A DNA stretch of 64,000 bases from positions 5,312,001 to 5,376,000 of the forward strand of contig OY970303.1 in NCBI GenBank assembly GCA_963716255.1, written 5' to 3'. The stretch's first letter is position 1. Each line of letters starts with the position of its first letter. The position numbers and the translations under genes were made by a program. Under the pieces are notes generated by a model. That model was given only the letters and a program-made list of their open reading frames with translations. It had not been told where the DNA came from and did not search any database. The stretch is from an uncultured Gemmatimonadales bacterium. GTDB lineage: Bacteria > Gemmatimonadota > Gemmatimonadetes > Longimicrobiales > Longimicrobiaceae. Below, piece by piece: positions 41,425 through 64,000 of the stretch.

Positions 41425-43652
41425 CAGAACGCCTCCCCGATGGAGAGGTGGAGCGCCAGCCGGCTGCCGACCTGGCCCAGGAACCCGCCGCCCTCCTCCA
41501 GCGGGTCGTAGCGCTTGCGGACGTTCAGCCGGACCAGCCGGTTGACGCCGTTCTCGGTGACCTGCGTGACCACGGCCAGCTCCTCGCGGATGGAGGGGTG
41601 GATCCCCAGGTCCACCCGCACGGGGCCGATGGGGGAGCGGTAGCGGACGCCGAAGCCCGGCGTCACCGCGGACCGGGCGTCGGCCAAGCCGCTCAGCTCG
41701 GGCCCGCCGACGCGGGCGGCGTCCACGAACACCGCCCCCACGAAGTTGCCCCACACCGGGCGCCGGTACTCGATCCCCGCCTCCACTACCTGCGTGCCGC
41801 CCAGCGGGCGCGGCTGGAACTCGGACGAGGGCACCGCGTTGGGATCGCAGTCGCCGCTCAGCAGGGTGGCCGTGGTGCAGGGCGCCGTCCCGTCGTCCGC
41901 GGGGCTCAGCAGGAGCTCCGGGTCCACCGTGAGGATGCGTGGGCCCAGCTGGTTTTCCGCGAAGCCGCGCACCGAGCGCGCGCCGCCGGCGTAGAAGCGC
42001 GTGGTGGGGTGCAGGATCGTCCCCGCCTCCTCCCCGGCCCCCACCGCCTCGGCCGTCCCGGACAGCCCCTGCACCCACCCGGCGCGAAGGCGCCCCGCCA
42101 GCGTCCCCCGCCCCAGCGGGAGGTCGCGGGTGACCTCGGCCTCGGCGCGGTTGTACCTGAAGTCGGAGGCGGTGAGCTGCGAGGCGTGCTCCAGCCCCAG
42201 CCGCGCCGTGTACCCGGAGGTGCGCCGGAGCGCGTCGTCCACCCGCTCCACGAAGCCGCTGACCGCGAGGGGGGAAAGGCTCTGGCGGCCCTGAAGCGCC
42301 TTCACGGTGGGGCGGTCGCACACGCCGTAGTTGACGCAGAAGTACACGTCGCCCGCCAGCACCGTGTTCAGCTCGTAGCGGTACACCAGGCTGAGCGGCG
42401 CCCGGTCCGCAAGGCTGCGGGTGAAGGTGAGGTTTGCGCCGAAGCCGCGGTCCACCACCACCGCCGGCTCCACCCTGCGCCGCGCGAACACCCCGAGCGC
42501 CAGCGAGCTCCCCGCGGCGGGGAACGCCGGCTGTGCCACCTGGGCGCTCGCCTGCCAGGTGGGCCGCAGGAAGGCCTCGTCGTCCACGCCCGAGAGCACG
42601 GACGGCTCCTCCTCGCGGAAGATGAAGGCGCCGTTCAGCTGCGAGGCCAGCAGCCGCCCCACCACCCCGGTGAGGTCCAGCCGGCGCCCGCCGCCCAGCC
42701 AGTTGAACCGGGTGAACTGCGCCTGCGCCTGGACGTAGTCGACGGTGGTGAAGCCCACCTGGGTGCGCAGCATCCGGAACGGCGCCTCCTGCACCGTCAC
42801 CGCCACGGTCTTGGCGCTGTCCTGCGCGGGGGGAACGGCGATGAGCGCGGTCTGGAACATCCCCGTGAGGTAGAGCGCGCGCTGCGCCTCCTCCACGCGG
42901 GCCGGGCGGAAGAGCTGCCCCTCCCGGATGGTGAGGGCGTCGCGGATGGTGGCGTCCGTCACCCGCTCGTTGCCCTCCACGTCGATGCGCTCGATGGTGG
43001 TGCGGCGCCCCGGCTCCAGCGCCACCTCCACCGCCGCGTCCAGCGAGTCCACCAGCACCGCCGTGTCGCGCGCGGTGGCGTCGCCGTAGCCGCGCTCCTG
43101 GAGCGCGACGAGGAGCCGCGTCGTCGCGGAGTCGAGCTGGAGGACGTTGAGCGGGGCGCCGGTGTCCGGGAGGGCGGCGGCGCGGACCTGCCGCTCGCCC
43201 AGCACCGGCGCGGCCTGCCTCACGGCGAGGGAGCGGATGCGGGTGGCGGGGCCCTGGTCCACGTTGAAGGTCACGGCCACTCCGCTCCCCCGCGGGGTCA
43301 CGGTGGTGGCCACCGTGGAGTGCCGCCATCCCCGGCGCCACAGGAACACGCGGATGCGCAGCTCGTCCTGCGGGAGCTCCGCCGGCTCCAGGTCGTGCTT
43401 TTCCACGAAGGCGCCGGCGCGGCTGACCCAGCAGAAGGGCTTGAGGAAGATGCTGCGGCAGCGGGTCGCCTGCGTGACGATCCCCCCGCGCAGCTCGGCC
43501 ATGTCCACGCCGCGCACGCCGCGGATCTCCACGCGCTGCACGCGCGGGGTGTCGTCGGTGCCGGTGATGGACTGCGCGGCGAGCGGCCCGGCCCCCAGCA
43601 GGGCCAGGGCCGCGCACACGAGGCGGAGCGACAGGGTTCGCGGACGCGGCAT
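41424..43652 (-). CDS. tamA: TamA/BamA (Omp85) family outer-membrane protein (~742 aa)
   Basis: Signal peptide ending PLAAQ, three POTRA-like repeats, RFYAGGARSVRGF, GFGVRYRSPIGPVRVDLG, and C-terminal HLSIGEAF. Directly upstream of tamB. Confidence 0.88.
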   Translation of the reverse strand: MPRPRTLSLRLVCAALALLGAGPLAAQSITGTDDTPRVQRVEIRGVRGVDMAELRGGIVTQATRCRSIFLKPFCWVSRAGAFVEKHDLEPAELPQDELRIRVFLWRRGWRHSTVATTVTPRGSGVAVTFNVDQGPATRIRSLAVRQAAPVLGERQVRAAALPDTGAPLNVLQLDSATTRLLVALQERGYGDATARDTAVLVDSLDAAVEVALEPGRRTTIERIDVEGNERVTDATIRDALTIREGQLFRPARVEEAQRALYLTGMFQTALIAVPPAQDSAKTVAVTVQEAPFRMLRTQVGFTTVDYVQAQAQFTRFNWLGGGRRLDLTGVVGRLLASQLNGAFIFREEEPSVLSGVDDEAFLRPTWQASAQVAQPAFPAAGSSLALGVFARRRVEPAVVVDRGFGANLTFTRSLADRAPLSLVYRYELNTVLAGDVYFCVNYGVCDRPTVKALQGRQSLSPLAVSGFVERVDDALRRTSGYTARLGLEHASQLTASDFRYNRAEAEVTRDLPLGRGTLAGRLRAGWVQGLSGTAEAVGAGEEAGTILHPTTRFYAGGARSVRGFAENQLGPRILTVDPELLLSPADDGTAPCTTATLLSGDCDPNAVPSSEFQPRPLGGTQVVEAGIEYRRPVWGNFVGAVFVDAARVGGPELSGLADARSAVTPGFGVRYRSPIGPVRVDLGIHPSIREELAVVTQVTENGVNRLVRLNVRKRYDPLEEGGGFLGQVGSRLALHLSIGEAF

Positions 43653-43979
43653 CAGGCGGCGGCGCAATCGCACTTCATGAGCGATCTCCCGCTGGGTTTT
43701 CGGCAGACGGATACCCGGCACCGCGCAGCGAGCGGAGGCGCACGGGTTCGATGGAAGCGACATCCTTCGCGGCGGAAGCCGCGATTCGCGTGCCAGCCAC
43801 AAACGGATGCGGCGCCGCGGCGGGCCGCACGGGGAGGCGGAGCGTGGGAATCCGCGTCCACTCCGGCGGGTGCCGGCGCCGAAGGCGTCCGGGGCATCGC
43901 CCTCCGTTACATTCACCGCGTATCTTTGGCGGTCCGGCCCCCGCCGCAGGCCCCCGTCCCGCCCGCGCCCTCCATCGAC

Positions 43980-44354
43980 ATGCCGTTCTCGATCTCGACC
44001 GACGACGGAATCATGCGCATCGTCCTGTCCGGCACGCTGACGTCCGAGGACCTGGTCGAGGCGGCGGACGCGATGGGCGAGGCCGAGAGCGCCGCCGACG
44101 TGTGTCCGCCCCGCGTCACCGACCTGGCGCGCGTCACCCGCTTCGAGGTGGGGTTCGACGACATGTTCCGGCTGGCGCGGCGGCGGCGCCGGCAGCCGCC
44201 GGCCAACCCCATCCGGTCCGCCGTCGTCGCCGCCACTCCCGTGCAGGTCGGCTTCGCGCGGATGCTCCAGACGCTCAACGACCACCCGAAGGTCACCATG
44301 CGGATCTTTTCCGACCTGGACGGCGCGCTGGCGTGGGTGGCGTCTCCCGCCTGA
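43980..44354 (+). CDS. Small STAS/SEC14 (SpoIIAA-like) domain protein, 124 aa
   Basis: MPFSISTDDGIMRIVLSGTLT...RSAVVA...MRIFSDLDGALAWV; the C-terminal F.D...A.AW pattern is typical of this family. Confidence 0.7.
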   Translation: MPFSISTDDGIMRIVLSGTLTSEDLVEAADAMGEAESAADVCPPRVTDLARVTRFEVGFDDMFRLARRRRRQPPANPIRSAVVAATPVQVGFARMLQTLNDHPKVTMRIFSDLDGALAWVASPA

Positions 44355-44516
44355 AGCGGGCGGCGGCGGAGGAAGCGGCGGAGGCCCTGCACCGCGAGCC
44401 GGCGCAGGGCCTCCGTGCACCGGGAATTGACCTGTCCGGGGCGCGGAATCCATCCCCTCCAACCGTGCCCCGGGGAAGGGGATCTGGGTGACGGGCAGGC
44501 GGGCGGGTACCCTTTC

Positions 44517-44545
44517 TTGACAGAAAATCTGCGCTCGTCTACCGT
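44517..44545 (+). promoter_or_regulatory. Sigma70-type promoter candidate for NRPS cluster 2
   Basis: TTGACA-N17-TACCGT, about 100 nt before the ATG. AGGA RBS upstream of 44644. Confidence 0.55.
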
Positions 44546-44643
44546 TCCACTCCGCCCCTTACGCGCCTGCCGCGGCCACGCTGAAGAGAGCGGGGCGCCG
44601 CGGCCGCGGGGCTCCATCCACGCATCAACAGACAGGAATCTCC

Positions 44644-57257
<12,614 letters not shown>

Positions 57258-57261
<4 letters not shown>

Positions 57262-60200
57262 GCGGGGGAGGCGCCACGGACCTGTCCGCGGAAGACCTGG
57301 AGCTGATGGCCTTCCTGCTGGGGAAGGCGGGGATCGAATCGTCCGGCCCGGAAGCCATCCGCCCCCGCGCCCCGGGGACGCGCATCCCGCTCACCTTCTC
57401 GCAGAAGAGGATCTGGTTCCTGGAGCAGCTGGAGCCGGGCGCGCACATCTACAACGAGCTGGCGGGGATGCGGCTGGTGGGCGAGCTGGACGGCGCGGCG
57501 ATGGACGCGGCCGTGCGCGGCGTGGTGGAGCGGCACGAGTCGCTGCGCACGGTGTTCGTGGAGGAAGCGGGCGAGCCGGAGCAGGTGGTGCAGGGCGGCC
57601 ACCCCGTGCGGCTGGAGCTCCGCGACCTGTCGCACCTCCCGGAGGAGGACCGGCCGGCCGAGGTGCGCCGCGCCGCCGACGAGGTCACCTACCTCCCCTT
57701 CGACCTGGTGCGCGGCCCGCTGCTGCGCCCCACCCTGCTCCGCCTGGGAGCGCGCGACCACGTGCTCCTCCTGTCCCTGCACCACGCCGTCTTCGACGGG
57801 TGGTCGTGGGGCGTCCTCTGGCGCGAGCTCGTCGCGCTGTACAACGCCGCGCGCCAGGGGCGGCCGCCCGCGCTCCCGCCGGTCGCGCTCCAGTACGGCG
57901 ACTTCGCCGTGTGGCAGCAGGAGCACCTGGCCGGGGGCGCCCTGGAGCGGCAGACGGAGTACTGGAAGGCGCGCCTCCGCGGCGCGCCCACGCTGATCGG
58001 CCTTCCCACCGACCGGCCGCGTCCCGCGGAGCAGACCTACCGCGGCGACTCCTCCGAGTTCGTCGTCCCGGAAGAGCCTGCCGCCCGGCTGTCCGCGATC
58101 GCGCAGGGGGAGGGCGCCACGCTGTTCATGGCGCTCGTCGCCGTGCTCGCCGCGCTCCTGGGCCGCTACGCCGGGGAGGACGACGTGGTGATCGGGTCGC
58201 CCATCGCCAACCGGACCCGGCCGGAGCTGGAGGGCGTCGTCGGCCTGTTCGCAAACACCCTGGCCGTGCGCACGGACCTGTTGGGAGACCCCACCTTCCG
58301 CGAATTGCTGGGACGGGTGCGCGACGCCGTGTTCGACGACTTCGCCAACCAGGACCTCCCTTTCGAGAAGATCGTGGAGGAGCTGCGGACCGAGCGCAGC
58401 CTGAGCTACAACCCCGTCTACCAGGTCCTCTTTTCCCTGCAGAACGTGGCGCGCGCGGACGGCGGGCTCGACGGGCTGGATTTCCACCCGCTGGAGGCGT
58501 CGCACCGCAGGTCCAAGCTGGACCTGGCGCTGACGCTGGTGGAACGGGAGCGCGGCATGCGCGGCGTCTGGGAGTACAGCACCGAGCTGTTCGACCGGGA
58601 CACCATCGTCCGCCTGTCCGACCACTTCCTCGTCCTCCTCGCCGCGGCGGTGGCGGAGCCGGACCGGCCCCTCGCCGACCTCCCGCTGGTCCGCCCGGAG
58701 GAGCGCACGCGCCTGCTGCGCACCTGGAGCGCCGGGGGTCCCGCGGGGGAGGACCCGCGCCCCGTCCACCTCCTCGTCGACGAGCAGGCGGAGCGGACGC
58801 CGCACGCCGTGGCCGTCGCCCTGGCGGGCGAAACGCTCACCTACGGCGAGCTGGGGCGCCGCGGCCGCGCGCTGGCGCACCACCTCCGCGGGCGCGGCGT
58901 GGGCCCGGAGACGCGGGTGGGCGTGTACCTCGACCGCTCGCCGGAACTGCTGGTGGCGCTGCTGGGTGTGCTGGGGGCGGGCGGCGCGTACGTCCCGCTG
59001 GACCCGCAGTCCCCGCGCGACCGCCTGGCGCAGCTGGCGGAAGACGCGGGGATCGCGGTGCTCCTCACCCGGGAGCGCCTGTTCGCGGAGCTGCCCGGCA
59101 GCGTCGCGGCCGAGGCGGTCTTCCTGGACGCGGACCGGGAGCGGATCGAGGCGGAGCCTGCCGCCGCGCCGGAAGCCCCGGTCTTCCCGGAAAGCGCCGC
59201 GTACGTGATCTACACCTCGGGCTCCACAGGGAAGCCCAAGGGGGTCGTGGTCCCGCACGGCGCGCTCGCCGGGTTCACGGCGGCGGCTCGGGGGGCGTAC
59301 GGGATCGGTCCGGCGGACCGGGTGCTCCAGTTCGCCTCGGTGGCCTTCGACGCGAGCGCGGAGGAGATCTGGCCGACGCTGGCCTCCGGGGCCCGCCTGG
59401 TGCTTCGGACCGAGGAGATGCTGGGCTCGGCGCGGCTCTTTTTGGAGGCCTGCCGGGAGTGGGGGATCACGGTGCTGGACCTGCCCACCGCGTACTGGCA
59501 CGAGCTGGTGGCCGAGCTGAGCGAGGAGGCGGGGGCGGATCTTCCGGCGGCGCTGCGGCTGGTGATCATCGGCGGGGAGCGGGCGCTTCCGGAGCGTCTG
59601 CGCGCGTGGCGGGAGCGGTTCGGGGCGCGGGTGCGGCTGGTGAACACGTACGGCCCCACGGAGGCGACGGTGGTGGCCACGCTGTGCGACCTGCAGGAGG
59701 CGGAGGACGACCCGTCGTCGGCCCCGCGGCACGTGGCGATCGGGAGGGCTCTGGGGCACGCTCGGGCCTACGTGCTGGACCCGCGGGGCGAGCCCGCCCC
59801 GGTGGGGGTGCCGGGCGAGCTGTACCTGGGGGGCGGGGGCGTGGCGCGCGGCTACCTGGGCGACCCGTCGCGGACCGCTGGGGCGTTCGTGCCCGACCCG
59901 TTCACGGGGGTGGCGGGGGCGCGGCTGTACCGCAGCGGCGACCGGGTGCGGTGGCGCGCGGAGGGGACGCTGGAGTTCATCGGGCGGGTGGACCAGCAGG
60001 TGAAGATCCGGGGATTCCGGGTGGAGCCGGGGGAGGTGGAGGCGGTGCTGTCGCGTCAGCCGGGTGTGGAGGACGCCGCGGTGGTGGCGCGGGAGGACGC
60101 GCCGGGGCAGCCGCGTCTGGTGGCGTACGTGGTGCTGGCGGAGCCGGCGCCGCCGGTGTCCGTGCTGCGGGCGGCGCTGAAGGCGGAGCTGCCGCCGTAC

Positions 60201-63200
60201 ATGGTGCCCGCGGCGTGGGTGGTGCTGGACGCCCTGCCGCTCACCCCGGGCGGCAAGACCGACCGGCGGGCGCTGCCCGCCCCGGACTGGGGCGCCGAGG
60301 GCGAGCACGTGGCGCCCCGGACGGCGACCGAGGAGGTGCTGGCGGGGATCTGGGAGGAGGTGCTGGAGCTGGAGCGGGTGGGGGCGCACGACAACTTCTT
60401 CGAGCGGGGCGGACACTCGCTGCTCGCCACGCGGGTGGTCTCGCGCGTGGCCTCGTCGCTCGGCGCGGAGCTCCCGCTCCGCACGGTCTTCGAGGCGCAG
60501 ACGGTCGCGGAGCTGGCGGCCCGCATCGACGCGGCGCGGCGCGCGGGGGAGGATGCCGCGCCGCCGCCCATCGCGGCCGTGGACAGGAGCGGGCCGCTCC
60601 CGCTGTCGTTCGCCCAGGAGCGGCTCTGGTTCCTGCACCAGATGGACCCGCAGGGCTCCGGCTACAACATGCCGTTCCCCAACCGGGTGCTCGGCCCCCT
60701 GGACCCGCGGGCGCTGGAGCGGGCGCTCGGCGCCCTGGTGCTCCGGCACGAGTCGCTGCGCACCACGTTCCGCCCCGTGGACGGCGGCGCGGTGCAGGTG
60801 GTGGGCCCGCCGGCCCGCGCCCGCGTCCCCCTCGCGGACCTGTCGGGGCTCGCCCCGGAGGCGCGGGACCGCGAGGCGCGCCGGCTGGCGGAGGAGGACG
60901 CCGGGCGTCCGTTCGACCTGCGGCACGGCCCCCTGCTCCGCCTCGCGCTGCTCCGGCTCGGCGGCGAGGAGCACGTGATGCTGCTCTGCATGCACCACAT
61001 CGTCTCGGACGGGTGGAGCATGGGGGTGCTCTACCGCGAGCTGTACGCCCTGTACGCGGCGTCCGCGCGGGGGGAGGCCCCCCGGCTCCCCGCGCTCGGC
61101 GTGCAGTACGGCGACTTCGCGGTGTGGCAGCGCGGCTGGCTGGCCGGCGACGTGCTCCGGCGACAGCTGGACTGGTGGCGCGAGCGCCTGGCGGGGGCCC
61201 CTCCCGCCCTGGAGCTCCCCGTCGACCGTCCCCGCTCCGCGGTCGCGACCGACCGGGGCGCGTCGGTGCTCCTCCGCGTCGGCGCGGACGAGGTGCGGGC
61301 GCTGCGGGCCGTGGCGCGGCGGGAGGGAGCCACGCTCTACATGGTGCTCCGCGCGGCGACGGACGTGCTGCTCGCCCGGTGGTCGGGGCAGGAGGACCTG
61401 GTGGTGGGCTCGCCCATCGCCAACCGGACGCGCGTGGAGGTGGAGGGGCTGATCGGCTTCTTCGTCAACACGCTGGCGCTGCGGACGGACGTGTCCGGCG
61501 ACCCCGCCTTCCGCGAGCTGGTGGGCCGGGTCCGCGACACGGCGCTGGGGGCGTACGCCCACCAGGACCTCCCCTTCGAGCGGCTGGTGGAGGAGATCTC
61601 GCCGGAGCGGAGCCTGTCGCACACGCCCCTCTTCCAGTTCATGTTCGCCCTGCAGAACAACCAGGACGACGCGGTGCCGGCCCCGCCCGGGCTGCGCGTG
61701 GAGCGCTTCCACTCCGCGCCGCACACCTCGCGCTTCGACCTGGAGCTGGACCTGTTCGAGAAGGGCGAGGAGCTGGCCGGCGGCGTGCGCTTCCGCACCG
61801 ACCTCTTCGACCCGTCCACCGTGGAGCGCTTCGTGGCCCAGCTCCGCGTGCTGCTCGCTTCCGCGGGCGCCTCGCCGGAGGAGAGCGTCTCCCGGCTCCA
61901 CCTGCTCCCCGAGGAGGAAGTCCGCGTCCTCCGGTCGTACGGGAGCGGCCCCGCGCACGAAACGGCCCCCGGCGAAACGGTGCCGCGCCTGCTGGCGGAG
62001 CAGGCCGCCCGCACCCCGGACGCGGTCGCGGTGCTGTCCGGCGGCGAAGCGCTCTCGTACGCGCGGCTCGACCGGCGCGCGGCGCGCCTCGCCCGCCGGC
62101 TGCGCGGGCGCGGCGTCCGGGCGGGCGCCCCGGTGGCGGTGTGCGTGGAGCGCGGCCCCGGGCTCCTGGTCGCGCTCCTGGCGGTGTGGAAGGCGGGCGG
62201 CGTCTACCTCCCGCTGGACCCGGGGCACCCGCCCGAGCGCCTCGCCTTCCTCCTGCGCGACTCCGGCGCGCGGCTCGCCGTGTCCGAGCCGCACCTGGCG
62301 CTTCCCGAGTTCGGGGGCGAGATCGTGCGGGTGGACGCGGCTTCCGGGCGCGACGGCGGGGAGGACGGGGACGCGCTCCCCGACTCGCCGTCCCCGGACG
62401 ACCTCGCCTACCTGATCTACACCTCCGGCTCCACCGGCGCCCCCAAGGCGGTGGCGGTGGAGCACGCGCGGCTCGCGCACACCCTGCGGGGCAGCCTGGG
62501 CCTTCTCGGCTTCGCGCCGGGCGACGTGGTGGCGGCGCTCGCCTCCGTGGCCTTCGACATCTCGCTCCTGGAGCAGCTCGCGCCGCTGCTCGGGGGGGCG
62601 GCGGTGCGGATCGTCCCCCGTGAGGTCGCGCGCGACCCCGCGGAGCTGGTGCGGGTGTGCGCCAACGCGACGGTGCTGCACGCCGTCCCGGCGCTGATGC
62701 GGCAGGTGGTGGAGGCCGCGCGCGGCGGCGGCGGGCTCCCGGCCATGCGGCTCCTCCTGGTGGGCGGCGACACCGTCCCGCCCGACCTGCTGGAGGAGCT
62801 GCGGGAGGCCTTCCCGGGGGCGGCGGCGCGCGTCCTGTACGGCCCCACCGAGGCCACCATCATCTGCGCGACGTACGGGGTGCCGGAGCGGGGCGGGATC
62901 GCGGGGCACCCGCTGGGACGCCCGCTCCCGGGGGTGCGCCTCCAGGTCCGCGGGGCGCGGGGGGAGCTGCTTCCGCTGGGCGTCCCCGGGGAATTGTGGA
63001 TCTCCGGCGGGGGCGTCGCCCGCGGCTACCTGGACCGTCCGGAGCTGACGGCGGAGAAGTTCGTCGCGATGGGCGGGGAGCGCGCCTACCGCGCGGGAGA
63101 CCGGGCGCGCTGGCGGATGGACGGCGTGCTGGAGTTCCTGGGCCGCACCGACGAGCAGGTCAAGGTGCGCGGCTTCCGCATCGAGCCCGGCGAGGTGGAG

Positions 63201-64000
63201 GCGGCGCTGCTCGGGGAGCCCGGCGTCCGCGAGGCCGTGGTCCTCGCGCGGGAGGACCGGCCGGGCGAGAAGCGCCTGGTGGCGTACGTCGTCCCGGAAA
63301 GCGCCGACCGCGCGGCCCGCGGCGCCGGCGCCGCCGAGCAGGTGTCGGGGTGGACGACCGTGTTCGACGAGACGTACGGGCAGGGCGAAGCGGAGGGGGA
63401 TCCCACGCTCGACCTGACCGGCTGGAACAGCAGCTACACCGGCGAGCCCATCCCGCGCGAGGAGATGCGCGAGTGGGTGGAGCGCACCGTGGAGCGCATC
63501 CTGGCGCTCGGGCCGCGGCGGGTGCTGGAGATCGGCTGCGGGACCGGGCTGCTCCTCCTCCGCCTCGCCCCGCACGTGCGGGAGTACCACGGGACCGACT
63601 TTTCCGCCGTGGCGCTGGGGCGGGTGCGGCGCCACTTGGGCGCCCTGCCGCGGGTGACGCTCGCCGAGCACGAGGCCGACGACCTGGCCGCGTACGCGGG
63701 CGGGGGCTACGACACCGTCGTGGTCAACTCCGTGGCGCAGTACTTCCCCGGGGTGGACTACCTGCTGCGGGTGCTGGAGGGCGCGGCCGCGGCGCTGGCC
63801 CCCGGGGGGCGGATCTTCGTGGGCGACGTGCGCAGCCTCCCGCTGCTCGCCGCCTTCCACGCCTCGGTGGAGCTGGCGCGGGCCCCGGAGGAGCTGCCGC
63901 TCGCGCAGCTGCGCGAGCGGGTGCGGCGCGCCGTGGCGGAGGAGCAGGAGCTTGTGGTGGATCCCGCCTTCTTCGGCGCGCTCCGGGCCAGGCTCCCGCG
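57258..64000 (+). CDS. NRPS, 3'-truncated by the window: C-A(Lys)-T-C-A(N-MT)...
   Basis: ATGA overlap with the upstream stop; absent from the ORF track because it has no stop in the window. Hand translation gives [69 protein letters not shown] (DAEDIGTVVK, Lys-type), GGHSL, HHIVSDG and VLEIGCGTG. Confidence 0.94.

Noticed and set aside
35965..43617. 2550-aa ORF as a single protein
   Set aside because: The first ~730 aa are an off-frame reading of tamA. TamB starts at ATG 41424 with its TM anchor.
35965..43652. TamAB as a dedicated exporter for the peptides
   Set aside because: Typical envelope-biogenesis pair; only proximity links it to the BGCs.

Overview
High-GC bacterial window, probably Gemmatimonadota (Longimicrobium-like); this is inferred from NRPS style, the IDO gene and repeat types, not proven. 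It holds two NRPS systems around a mixed central block. Cluster 1 (<1-26092, +) is the end of an assembly line: 8 visible modules, two dual epimerisation/condensation domains and a TE. Hand-read specificities are Ser, acidic?, D-His, ?, Gln-like, D-?, ?, ?. The centre encodes an indoleamine 2,3-dioxygenase with an AroM-family gene (-), an MFS pseudogene remnant, a PPTase, a double-kinase hybrid sensor, a tryptophan halogenase with 5-halogenase (PyrH-type) signatures, structured intergenic elements, TamB/TamA (-) and a small STAS/SEC14-like gene. Cluster 2 (44644->64000, +) starts A-T-C with an EHHxxHDG ureido-type C domain and has two N-methyltransferase modules and a Lys module, predicting an N-methylated ureidopeptide. 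Leading hypotheses: an IDO-based route to 5-chlorokynurenine, and a new ureidopeptide BGC. A-domain codes were read by manual alignment to GrsA and need software confirmation. Domain boundaries are approximate.
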